Both the position numbers and the translations under genes were made by a program. Source: a virus. From it: a stretch of 64,000 nucleotides of DNA. Under the pieces are notes generated by a model. It had not been told where the DNA came from and made no database searches. It worked only from the letters and a program-made list of their open reading frames with translations. Below, piece after piece: positions 9,272 through 19,011 of the stretch. Every line of letters starts with the position of its first letter. Position 1 is the first letter of the stretch. The DNA lies in IMG/VR virus record IMGVR_UViG_3300033153_009093, positions 32,001-96,000 of that record; one strand, written 5' to 3'.

Positions 9272-11416
9272 TTATTCTTTTATATTTTCAACAATTTTAC
9301 TAGAATTAATTGCCACATATCGAATCATAAATTGACAGTTCATTGTGATAGTGGTTGCAAGAATTATATTAAAAAGGCGGGAACGCCTAAATCCCAAATA
9401 TCCATAAACACTATTAGCTATAATCTTATCAACCAATTGAGCAATATTTAAATTTAAAATCTCTGGATCATCCGAAAGTAACCCTTGTTCTTTTACTTTC
9501 TTCTTCATTTCTTTTTTAATTGACTGCCTATCAGAAATAGGAAATCTAATTAACTTACGGAAAAATGATTCTTTAATATGAGCAGGCAAAAACACCGCAC
9601 CCGTTTCTGTCAATACTAATTCCTTTTCATACATCTTTTTAAATATCTCGATTATTTCAAAATGTTTAAATTTTTTAAATATATCATTTACAACATCATA
9701 AATTTCTACAACTAGGTTTTCGTTATCAGTTATGAAAGAAATAAAATTATCTCTTTCATATAAATACAATAGAGCTATATTTTCAGGAACTTGATACACC
9801 CAACTATCGCAACCATTATTCGTTGAATAAATACTAGAGGGGTACATACTACTTGCATCAAAGTCTATCACATTTAAATGAATACCTTTTGATGGTGTCT
9901 TGACATATGCTCCCGGATACTTATCATAATTCCAAATGAACGGAAACTGCCCCTTTGTTAATTTGATATTTTTTAAATCTACCGTTTCTAAATCCTTTTC
10001 AGTTAAATCATTGTATATATTATATTTTACTTCATTCAACTCTTCTTCATTTGTAAATAATGAAAAGGTTTTATTATCTTCTCTTAATCTTTGAATAAGT
10101 TCTAATCTACTATCATTTAAAAAATTCAAACGTCTATATATATTCCATATTTTTTGAGTATAAAAACTTTGAACTTTTATTGCGGATGTGACCATTAATT
10201 TATTTTTCTTTGCTTCTGTAGATATATATGCATCAAGGATATTATTAATTGAAAGCGTTGCCGCAGTAAACCCCCTTGTCATCATTTTTTGTTTAAATAA
10301 AATCTTAACAAATAATAATTTATCATCTATCAATTTATTTAAAATAACATCGCCTACATTATATGTAATAAAATTTATAGGATCTGTTAAATATTCCACA
10401 TTTAAATTAGAAATTTCTATTTTTGCTGTAATATTATCTTCTTCTTTTTTTAAAATCTTTTTGGCAATTTTATTTAACGCATAAGATGGGTAATTGGTTC
10501 GGTCATAAAATTTTATTAATTGAATATAATCCAGACTTAATATTTTAGTAGTATAATATGTATAAGAATTCATACCAGTTTTACTATCTACAATATTTAA
10601 TGTCTGATAAATTTCTCCAAATGAATCATTAAAAGCTCCTAATATTTTGATATGTTTACATCTATTATAAGTATACAATGTATCAAAATTTAAACTATTC
10701 CAACCCATCATTACGTCAAAATTTTTTATATATTTTAAAAATTCTATTATTAATTTTTTCTCATTATCAAATTTAAATATTTTATATTTATAACCTTCAC
10801 CGAATTTTTCTTTTAATTTTTTATATAAACCTTCATCAAAATTTTTAATTTTATCATGATGTAAATTATTATATAAAAAATAAACATTTATGTTGTTTTT
10901 TTGTAAATCAATATGAGCAATAGAATTTATTTCATATTTTGCCTGCTCCGCTTCCGGGAATTCTTTATCATCATGTAAAACTTCAATATCAAATATTCCA
11001 ATTTTAATATTATTTAAATAATCATTATCATATTGGAATATTTCTTGTTGTAAAAATTGAGTTTCGATTTTATAATCATCATATATATCAAATTGAAAAG
11101 ATAATATAGATGGAAATTTATTTAATAATTTTAAATTCTTCTTTCCTTCATATGCACTCGTTAATCCTTTCTTTAACGAATTATAATTCCTATATGTTAA
11201 CGTTAAATCCTTTACCTTTTCTTCTAACGGTAATGTATATCTTATTCGCTTTGTAAATTTAGATAGTTTTACTGTATATTTAGGATCATGTTTATGCCCT
11301 GTTATTTTTTTTGAATTACCATTACTATCTATTTCTTTAATTATATAATGTAAATTATTATCTTTATAAGAATAGTAGGCATCTATTGGGTAATATTTCT
11401 TTGTTTCTGTTGTCAT
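9272..11416 (-). CDS. polB: Family B DNA polymerase, N-terminal part (exonuclease plus motifs A and B; lacks motif C)
   Basis: FDIEV (ExoI), GWNSLNFD (ExoII), YNVGD (ExoIII), YPGAYV, DFDASSMYPS (A), KIIANSVYGYLG (B). Ends in TAA before any DTDS. Confidence 0.9.
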   Translation of the reverse strand: MTTETKKYYPIDAYYSYKDNNLHYIIKEIDSNGNSKKITGHKHDPKYTVKLSKFTKRIRYTLPLEEKVKDLTLTYRNYNSLKKGLTSAYEGKKNLKLLNKFPSILSFQFDIYDDYKIETQFLQQEIFQYDNDYLNNIKIGIFDIEVLHDDKEFPEAEQAKYEINSIAHIDLQKNNINVYFLYNNLHHDKIKNFDEGLYKKLKEKFGEGYKYKIFKFDNEKKLIIEFLKYIKNFDVMMGWNSLNFDTLYTYNRCKHIKILGAFNDSFGEIYQTLNIVDSKTGMNSYTYYTTKILSLDYIQLIKFYDRTNYPSYALNKIAKKILKKEEDNITAKIEISNLNVEYLTDPINFITYNVGDVILNKLIDDKLLFVKILFKQKMMTRGFTAATLSINNILDAYISTEAKKNKLMVTSAIKVQSFYTQKIWNIYRRLNFLNDSRLELIQRLREDNKTFSLFTNEEELNEVKYNIYNDLTEKDLETVDLKNIKLTKGQFPFIWNYDKYPGAYVKTPSKGIHLNVIDFDASSMYPSSIYSTNNGCDSWVYQVPENIALLYLYERDNFISFITDNENLVVEIYDVVNDIFKKFKHFEIIEIFKKMYEKELVLTETGAVFLPAHIKESFFRKLIRFPISDRQSIKKEMKKKVKEQGLLSDDPEILNLNIAQLVDKIIANSVYGYLGFRRSRLFNIILATTITMNCQFMIRYVAINSSKIVENIKE

Positions 11417-11459
11417 AAAAATTGATTAATTTGTTAACATTTTAAATATGAGGTTAATA

Positions 11460-11594
11460 ATGAAAATAACAGCGTTTTGTCCAGTTTGCAAAGAATAGAT
11501 TGAGATGCCTAAAATAGGATGAAGTAAATTAAAAAAATACTTCTGCAAGGTTTGTAGAAAAGCATATCCTATTCATAGATTAAAGAAAAAATAA
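11460..11594 (+). CDS. 44-codon Zn-ribbon ORF containing in-frame TAG and TGA
   Basis: RBS GAGGT; MKITAFCPVCKE[TAG]IEMPKIG[TGA]SKLKKYFCKVCRKAYPIHRLKKK-TAA. The two CxxC motifs straddle the TGA. Confidence 0.6.
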
Positions 11595-11604
11595 TACTAA
11601 AAGT

Positions 11605-11823
11605 TTATTCCATGAGTTTTAAACTATAAAAAATTAAATCTCTTTGGACACTAATACCAACTACTTCCAAATCAACCGCTTCATATATTGATTTATTTAT
11701 AATTACTAAATATCCATCATCTACTCTACATTTAGGTATAACATTTTGAAAGAATGTTTCAAATGTTTCATCGCATGCATTTCTAACGTAAATTTTATTA
11801 CAATGATTTATTGTTTCTGACAT
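11605..11823 (-). CDS. Hypothetical protein
   Basis: 72-aa ORF directly after the methyltransferase stop. Confidence 0.7.
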   Translation of the reverse strand: MSETINHCNKIYVRNACDETFETFFQNVIPKCRVDDGYLVIINKSIYEAVDLEVVGISVQRDLIFYSLKLME

Positions 11824-11825
11824 TG

Positions 11826-12440
11826 TTATTTTTTCTCATAATAGAATACTAATTGATTTGGAAATCTTAAAGTGAAGTTATTAAATATTTTTACTTCTAA
11901 TTGTGATTCAATTTCTTTTACTGTTTTGAATGCTGATAAATGTACATTATTTGGCTTATCTTGTAAAGGAATAGTTCCTATAAGTTTACCATTCTTATTT
12001 AATATTTTTTTTAATTGTATGATAGCATTTTCAGGATTTTTCAAATGTTCAATTATTTCAAATGCAATTATAGTATCAAATTTATTTTCTTTATATGAGC
12101 TATTATCAAGAAAATAATTTACATCCATATTTAAAGCTATTAAATTGGTATGATTTTTACTTTTTTCTATTAACTTATCTATTCGGTTTTTTGAATAATC
12201 TATTGCAACTAAACTATTCATAACAAACTTATTTAATAGAAATAAGGAAGTTTCCCCTGTTCCGCAGCCAAAATCTAAAACATTAGAATTTTTATTGAAA
12301 TCTATATTAAAATAAGCTATAATTTCTTTAAATGTTTTTAATGTCATAGATGCATTTAAAAATTTACGTTTATCAAAATATGTTACATTGTTTTGATAAT
12401 GACTTAATGCGTTTTTCTCCGTTTCATATTTACAATTCAT
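11826..12440 (-). CDS. Class I SAM-dependent methyltransferase (TAG-free paralog)
   Basis: VLDFGCGTG, IDYS, FDTIIAFEIIEHL, GKLIGTIP. Confidence 0.88.
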   Translation of the reverse strand: MNCKYETEKNALSHYQNNVTYFDKRKFLNASMTLKTFKEIIAYFNIDFNKNSNVLDFGCGTGETSLFLLNKFVMNSLVAIDYSKNRIDKLIEKSKNHTNLIALNMDVNYFLDNSSYKENKFDTIIAFEIIEHLKNPENAIIQLKKILNKNGKLIGTIPLQDKPNNVHLSAFKTVKEIESQLEVKIFNNFTLRFPNQLVFYYEKK

Positions 12441-12452
12441 ATAGTCTTAACC

Positions 12453-12629
12453 TTATTTTATTTGTTTTAAAGTTATTTTATTAAAGGGATTCTTAAAAAT
12501 TGTAACTTTTTTATTTGTAATTAAATCAATAAAACTTATTATTTCCATTGATTTATATCTTCTCTGCAATTTTTTATTATTTGTTTCGAAATAAAATTTC
12601 TTATTATTGAAAATGCATTCAATTTTCAT
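12453..12629 (-). CDS. 58-aa basic hypothetical protein
   Basis: MKIECIFNNKKFYFETNNKK...KQIK-TAA; below the track's length cutoff and fills the gap. Confidence 0.5.
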   Translation of the reverse strand: MKIECIFNNKKFYFETNNKKLQRRYKSMEIISFIDLITNKKVTIFKNPFNKITLKQIK

Positions 12630-12664
12630 AAATTAATATTATTAAAAGTAAAAGGTAAATTTTA

Positions 12665-13135
12665 ATGCCAAAATATAATAACAATACTCCAGCATCGCAA
12701 GGTAATGAATATTTAAAAGTTCCGCCACATACAAAAGATTTTGAAAGTATTTATTTTTATAACATAAATCATGTTAATATATCAGATGAGCCTCCGTATT
12801 ATAATCCTATATTATATAAAGATATAATAAATTTTTCATCCATAAATAATTTTCAAGTAAATTTAACAGATAATATGATAGGTCAAAACACTTTTCTTTT
12901 TATTCAAGTAAATTCAAAAAATTCTACATCATTGACAGATGTAGAAATAATTTTTAATGATATTAATAATTTACCATCATTACCAATATCAAATTCTGTA
13001 TTTACTATTAATAATAATCATAGAATAAAAAAAATTTTTATTAATACTAAAAATTGTAATGGCGAAATTATCATTTTAGTAACGGATAAATTTATACCTT
13101 CTTTTCCGTCAATGTCTTATGACTATAAACCATAA
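12665..13135 (+). CDS. Hypothetical Asn-rich protein
   Basis: 156-aa ORF, RBS AAGGT, TAA stop followed by a hairpin. Confidence 0.7.
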   Translation: MPKYNNNTPASQGNEYLKVPPHTKDFESIYFYNINHVNISDEPPYYNPILYKDIINFSSINNFQVNLTDNMIGQNTFLFIQVNSKNSTSLTDVEIIFNDINNLPSLPISNSVFTINNNHRIKKIFINTKNCNGEIIILVTDKFIPSFPSMSYDYKP

Positions 13136-13193
13136 AAAATTTAATGTCAAGATTATAAAATATCTTGACATTAAATTAATCATATGATAAAAT
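13122..13193. promoter_or_regulatory. Back-to-back sigma70 promoters within an inverted repeat
   Basis: Plus strand TTGACA(13165)-N17-TAAAAT with extended TG; minus strand TTGACA(13150)-N17-TATAGT. Both -35 boxes lie in the arms of AATTTAATGTCAAGAT/ATCTTGACATTAAATT. Confidence 0.7.
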
Positions 13194-13219
13194 TATTAAT
13201 AACCAATCAAGGATATATT

Positions 13220-13645
13220 ATGAGAATAAATAATAATAAAAATTTATATATGAAAACTGATAACATTAATAAGTGTTATATAGGATTTCATGAGAACAAT
13301 GAAACAACTAATGATATAATATTACATAATAATATACTAAGTTTATATATAAATTATATAAAAAATAAAAAATTATTATCATTAAAATATTTTAAAATAT
13401 TATTACCATTATATTATAAATTTACATTTAATAAAACTATAATTTATAAAAATATAAATTATGATATTACATTAAAAGAAAATTTAATTACTCTATTAAA
13501 TGATTATTCAGTTATTCAATTATATAAAATTATGTTATATTATATTAACGATGATGATATAGATATTAAACAATTAACGGCAATGTTTTATTCAACTTTG
13601 TATTACATTAATAAGGAGATAAGTACAGATAATGGAATTAACTAA
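13220..13645 (+). CDS. Hypothetical protein (start reassigned from 13184)
   Basis: ATG 13220 has an AAGGA RBS; ATG 13184 lies inside the promoter spacer. Confidence 0.65.
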   Translation: MRINNNKNLYMKTDNINKCYIGFHENNETTNDIILHNNILSLYINYIKNKKLLSLKYFKILLPLYYKFTFNKTIIYKNINYDITLKENLITLLNDYSVIQLYKIMLYYINDDDIDIKQLTAMFYSTLYYINKEISTDNGIN

Positions 13646-15173
13646 AAATCAAAAAGGTATTATTGAAAGCGCGAAGGAAAATGGATTTATTAAAATTAAT
13701 GCATTCGCTGGAACAGGAAAAACTACAGTATTAGAATATTTAACAAAGACTTACAGTAATCAAAAATTTTTATATTTAGTATTCAATAAAAATATGGCAA
13801 ATGAAGCTAAAAAGAAATTTCCAGATAATACTCATGTTTATACTATAAATGGTTTAGCTTATAGATTCTCTCGATATGAACTTAATTTCGTAACTGTAAA
13901 AAATGGATATAGAGTTATTGAAATAAAAAATTATCTTAATATTACAAAATATGACATTGCATTAATAACAATAAATATATTTAATTCATTTTGTAATTCT
14001 GCTTTCAAAGATATAAATAAAAAAGTTGTATTGGATCTTATCAATACTAATGATGAAATGAAATTAGTATTCGCAAGAAATAAACAACATATCGATGATA
14101 TAGTTAAACATATTTTAACTATATGGAATAATATGTTTAATTCGGAATTAGAAATAACTCATAATTTTTATTTAAAATATTTTCATATTAATATTGATAG
14201 AATGAAAGATTTTATAAATTATGATTTTATTCTATTAGATGAAGCGCAGGATACTAATGATATTACATTGGATATATTTAATAATTTAAATGGTAAAAAA
14301 GTTTTAGTCGGAGACAAGCATCAAGCTATTTATGGCTGGCGGGGAGCTGTCAATGCTATGACAAAACTAAATGATAGTAATGTTAGAGAGTTATATCTTA
14401 CAGAAACTTTTAGATTTAATAATAATATAGCAACCAAAGCAAATTTTTTACTTAACGACTTATTAGGCGAAAACAAAAAAATTATTTCATATTACCCTGA
14501 TAAAGATAATCAAATAAAATCAAGATGTTGTATAACTAGAACTAATGCCGGTGTCATTAAGGTATTCAGTAAAAATTATAATAAAGGTAAAATAATAAAA
14601 ACTATTAGAAATCCTGACGATATATTTAAATTGCCATTATCTTTATATTATTTTTTAAAAAATAAAACTAAATATAGAAATGAAATAAAAGTAAAATGGC
14701 TTTATAATTTTAGATCAAGAGATGATATAAAAAAATATGCTCAAAGTATTAATGATATTGAACTTTTAACTTCTTTAAGTATTGTAGAAGAATTTTGGGA
14801 AGATTTAATTGATATTTATAAAAATGCAAAAGCATTTAGAAGAAAACGAAAAGTGGATTTATTTATCACAACAGCGCATACGTGTAAAGGTTTAGAATGG
14901 GATCATGTGACAATTTATAATGACTTTCCTAATATATTACAAAAAATATCAACTGTGACCGAAGATATAGATCATTTCAAAATGATAATATCAAATTTAA
15001 ATGATAATAGAAATAGTTTTGCTATTCAAAAAATAATTGAAGAAATAAATTTATATTATGTAGCAGTAACAAGAGCTATATATAAATTAGAAACGGATAT
15101 AACAAATTCTGATTTATTTAATCTTAGCAAAGAAACGATAAATAATTTATTAAAAGAATATCAGGATAACTAA
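13632..15173 (+). CDS. UvrD/Rep-like SF1 DNA helicase
   Basis: AFAGTGKTT, LLDEAQD, VGDKHQAIYGWRGA, LTETFRF, TAHTCKGLEWD, LYYVAVTRA. Confidence 0.92.
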   Translation: MELTKNQKGIIESAKENGFIKINAFAGTGKTTVLEYLTKTYSNQKFLYLVFNKNMANEAKKKFPDNTHVYTINGLAYRFSRYELNFVTVKNGYRVIEIKNYLNITKYDIALITINIFNSFCNSAFKDINKKVVLDLINTNDEMKLVFARNKQHIDDIVKHILTIWNNMFNSELEITHNFYLKYFHINIDRMKDFINYDFILLDEAQDTNDITLDIFNNLNGKKVLVGDKHQAIYGWRGAVNAMTKLNDSNVRELYLTETFRFNNNIATKANFLLNDLLGENKKIISYYPDKDNQIKSRCCITRTNAGVIKVFSKNYNKGKIIKTIRNPDDIFKLPLSLYYFLKNKTKYRNEIKVKWLYNFRSRDDIKKYAQSINDIELLTSLSIVEEFWEDLIDIYKNAKAFRRKRKVDLFITTAHTCKGLEWDHVTIYNDFPNILQKISTVTEDIDHFKMIISNLNDNRNSFAIQKIIEEINLYYVAVTRAIYKLETDITNSDLFNLSKETINNLLKEYQDN

Positions 15174-15178
15174 AAAAG

Positions 15179-15220
15179 TAATTAGAAAGGGATTATTATA
15201 TAATAATCCCTTTCTAATTA
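15179..15220. terminator. Perfect 42-bp palindrome between convergent genes; probable bidirectional terminator
   Basis: TAATTAGAAAGGGATTATTAT/ATAATAATCCCTTTCTAATTA lies between the helicase stop and the stop of the converging structural gene. Confidence 0.75.
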
Positions 15221-17668
15221 TACTAAATTATGTAAATAATTTAACTTAGTAGTTTTATTTTTCATAATAAATCTTTTTATTTTATAATATTCATTTATCA
15301 TATTAATATCAAAATTTAAAATATTTGTAGAAAATGAAAATTTTGTCTCATATTCATCTTTATATAAAATAATATCTTTAGGATAATTATTTAAATAATC
15401 TGTTTTTTGTGTTAATATAACAATAACTTCTTTTTCTTTCGTCATGTTATTTTCTAATACCTTTATAGAATTAAACCATTCTATATTAATATAATCATAA
15501 GATATAACAGGTTCATATTTATCATCTAATAATTTCTAATTATTTTCCGCGATAATATTATCAGAATCAACCGAAGATATTGTAATAAACTTATCATCAA
15601 TCTTTATAGTTTCTCCGATATTGCTATAATAATTTACTGAATCATTATAATTTAAATAATAATTATTACTATTTAAATCAATCATAGATTTATTATTTTT
15701 ATTATATATACATGAATCTTCATTAAGCTCTATAAATAAAAATGTTTTATCATCTGATAAATGAATATTTTTATAAGGAACTTGAACATCTTCTATTAAG
15801 TTTTCATTATATTTACTCCGAAGAGAATCAACTATAATTTTATAATTATAAATTATTTTATAATTATCCTCTGCAATTTTATCAACTCCTATTCTTGTTA
15901 AATGTACTGAATTATTTTTGGTTGATTTTATGGGATAATATTTCAATCCTGAAATCGAAGTAACGTAATTCAAATTTCCTTGATAAAATATTTTATCATT
16001 TTTTAAATCAATAAATAATGTAAATATTTTATCATTTTTTAATAATTCTATATACTATAATTTATCGCCATAATATACAGCATCATTAACGGTTGTATCT
16101 GTAATATTTATAGGTATATTGATTTCGTTTAATATAGAATAATTTGTACCATCATTGCAGTATAGTTCAACAAAAAGAGTAGTATTATATAATGAATCTG
16201 TTGCATCAGTATTAATAAATTGAACCAAACTATATAAATTATCATTTATTTTATTATACTATCCATGTTCTGAAAATACATGGTCATATACAACTATATC
16301 AGTATATCCAATATCATTATAATTTATTTCCTTTGCTATTGAAATTTCTTTATCTTTAAATAGTTTATTATGATCTAATAAATCATAATATTTTTTATAT
16401 ACTTGTTTTACGTTCAATATATCAAAAGTATCATTATCAACATTTAAATATTTATCAAACATTATACAATTCTAATCACTATTATCTTGTATAATCTCTG
16501 CTATTTTCATATTTATCAAAGGGATATCAGTATCATTATCAAAATATTCCATTTCGATTTCGGTTCCAATAGTACAGTTATTATTATGATACTATAATTC
16601 ATAATATACTTTTGATATATCAAAAGATGCTAATAAATATAAATTAAGATTAACCTATTCAATATTTCCTATAATTACATTTTTAAATAATGTTGTAGTA
16701 TCATAATATATATTACATCTTAAATTTGCTGTAGTGTCTGAAGTAGTAAACAATAAATCTTTTAATACTTTATAATTCTATAATGTATGTTTATTTTTAT
16801 ATGATAATGTAAAATTCTAATTATTTAATTCTATATTATCATATTCATCGAATAATCCTATATTGGCAGTATTATCAATGTCATTTTCGTTAACAGTTAA
16901 TTCTATATTATTATCATTTTCGTTATATACTATCGGATATAACGTATTATTTGATATAGGAACATTGTCAGGCACTTTAAAAATTAAAGAATTTATTTCA
17001 TATTGATCATCAATTATTTCATTATAATTTGCTTTGTAATTAAAATCATTTTCTTGACCATTGTAAATAATAGAAAACTTTTTACCATGCGTAAATAAAT
17101 TTTTATACTTGTTTATATTTTCTACAACAGGAGGCGTACCGCCATCATTAAATGTTAAATAAAATATATTACTTGTGAACTAATTAGATCCATAATATTG
17201 TCTAATTGTTATAAAATATTCTCCCGGTGAAGAAAAATATTGAACGTTATAATTGTTATATGTATTAGTTCCGTATATTGTATCTGATGCGATATATGAA
17301 CCCGGTTGCCCTCCTGATGAATAATGCTAATAAAATTTCAAATTATAATTCGATGAACTTTGTGAAGGTTTAGTTATACTAACATATCCAGGACTGGATA
17401 TTTCGAATTTATACGTTCTATATGTATATGATGTAGAAGGATTATACGGAGGCGTACAAGCTATGGATGGGTCATTTAGATCAATAGTGTATGGTTGATT
17501 GTTAAATATTTGAGAGTAGCAAGGAATAGAATTGTCTAATTGTTTAATAACTTTTATATCGTTTGACATATTATCCAAATATTGTTTAGTTGGACAATTA
17601 ATTTTAAAATAATTTTTATATTCTGAAGTAGTATCACTAATATTTTTTATATAAAATAGACTATTCAT
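15218..17668 (-). CDS. 816-aa virion-type protein; joins four track ORFs through TAG
   Basis: Traced codon by codon: only TAG interrupts (FY*HY, SN*FT, NN*NF, EL*YH, SD*NC, KL*YI, HG*YN). Start overlaps the upstream stop (TAATG). Confidence 0.8.
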
Positions 17669-18939
17669 TAATCATTCCTTATTTCTATTGATTTCGTTAC
17701 CTATTTATATTGTAATGGATAAATAGAATTTACGAATTTTAAATTGACATTACAATATTTATTTATTGCATACTTTTCATTGTCTGTAAAAAATATATCT
17801 TTAGTATCAAATAATAAAAGATGTGACTGAATATTTAATATTTTTATATTTATTTTATTTATTAAAGCAGAGGTGTCATATAAGTTTCCTAAATACTAAT
17901 AACTATCAACTGGAATATTATTATTAATAAATAATAATTCTAATTGTGATAAATATAATTTTTCAACATTGCCATATAAACCAACATTCAAATTTACATA
18001 GGGATTAATATCATTTTCTTCTATTTGAGAATTTAAAAAGCTTACATGAATTTTACAAGTTTGATCTTTTGTTAAATAAAAATACTCTTCTGTAGAAAAC
18101 ATATCTCCATTATCTGAACCTATATCGTAACTAGGCAAATCTTTATCTGGATATACAACAACTCTGGAAGAATTTCCCGCCTATGCATTTTCTTCGGTCA
18201 ATTCATCATTTTCATAATCTATATATTCTCCTAATTTTAACTTATACTATCCAGTGAAATTAGGAGTAAATTCTAAAGCTCTATATTTATATGATGATCC
18301 AAAAACTGGGCATACACTCCCAGCTTTATTAAAAGAAAAATCTAATATTAAAACATTTTCTCCTACTAAAGGTTTTTCTAATTGCGGCAACTGTAAAGTT
18401 TGTTCAATAAAAGAACTCTAGGTCTATTCAAATATATTAGATAATTTATTTATATCATTATCAAAAACTATATCAGGTTTTAAATATGATAATGTTATTA
18501 AATTCATAGCATTTTCGGCTATTAAAACGGAATCTACAAATTTTTTATTGATATTTAAAAAATTTTCCGTTAATAATTTATCTTTCTAAGTTGAATTATT
18601 AACCATATTTTTAATATAAGAAAGATCAATTATTCTATTTTCTCTTATAAATGTCGTATTATAATTATTTTTAATATCTAATTCAACTATAATATCATTT
18701 AAATTGTCAAAATTTCCAATAATACTATTATTTATTTTAACATTTGTAGAATCAGAATATAAATAATTAGGATAACAATTGTTAAATAAATAAGATGTAT
18801 CGGAATAGGATATATCTTTTTTATTTTTTATTTTATCAATAAAAATTAAATTAGTGGTAAATTTATCACTAATTTTTAAAGATTCGTATTCTTTTATTCT
18901 ATATTTTTTTATTGAATAATCTAATGTTATATCTTCCAT
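17668..18939 (-). CDS. 423-aa virion-type protein (TAG-recoded)
   Basis: Joins 18586..18939 and 17896..18138. TAG contexts FE*T*SS, FTG*YK, NA*AG. Ends TAA at 17670-17668. Confidence 0.8.
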
Positions 18940-19011
18940 AGTTTACCGTAATACTAGATTTCTAAATTAATTTATTAAATTAATTTAAAAATATAAATTA
19001 GGTTGCTATAA

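Noticed and set aside
7814-9272. Group I intron interrupting polB
   Set aside because: Only 3 nt separate the polB stop from the nuclease start, no intron core is visible, and no downstream motif-C exon follows the nuclease.
13184-13219. Track start codon at 13184
   Set aside because: It lies within the promoter spacer, upstream of the predicted TSS; ATG 13220 has a proper RBS.
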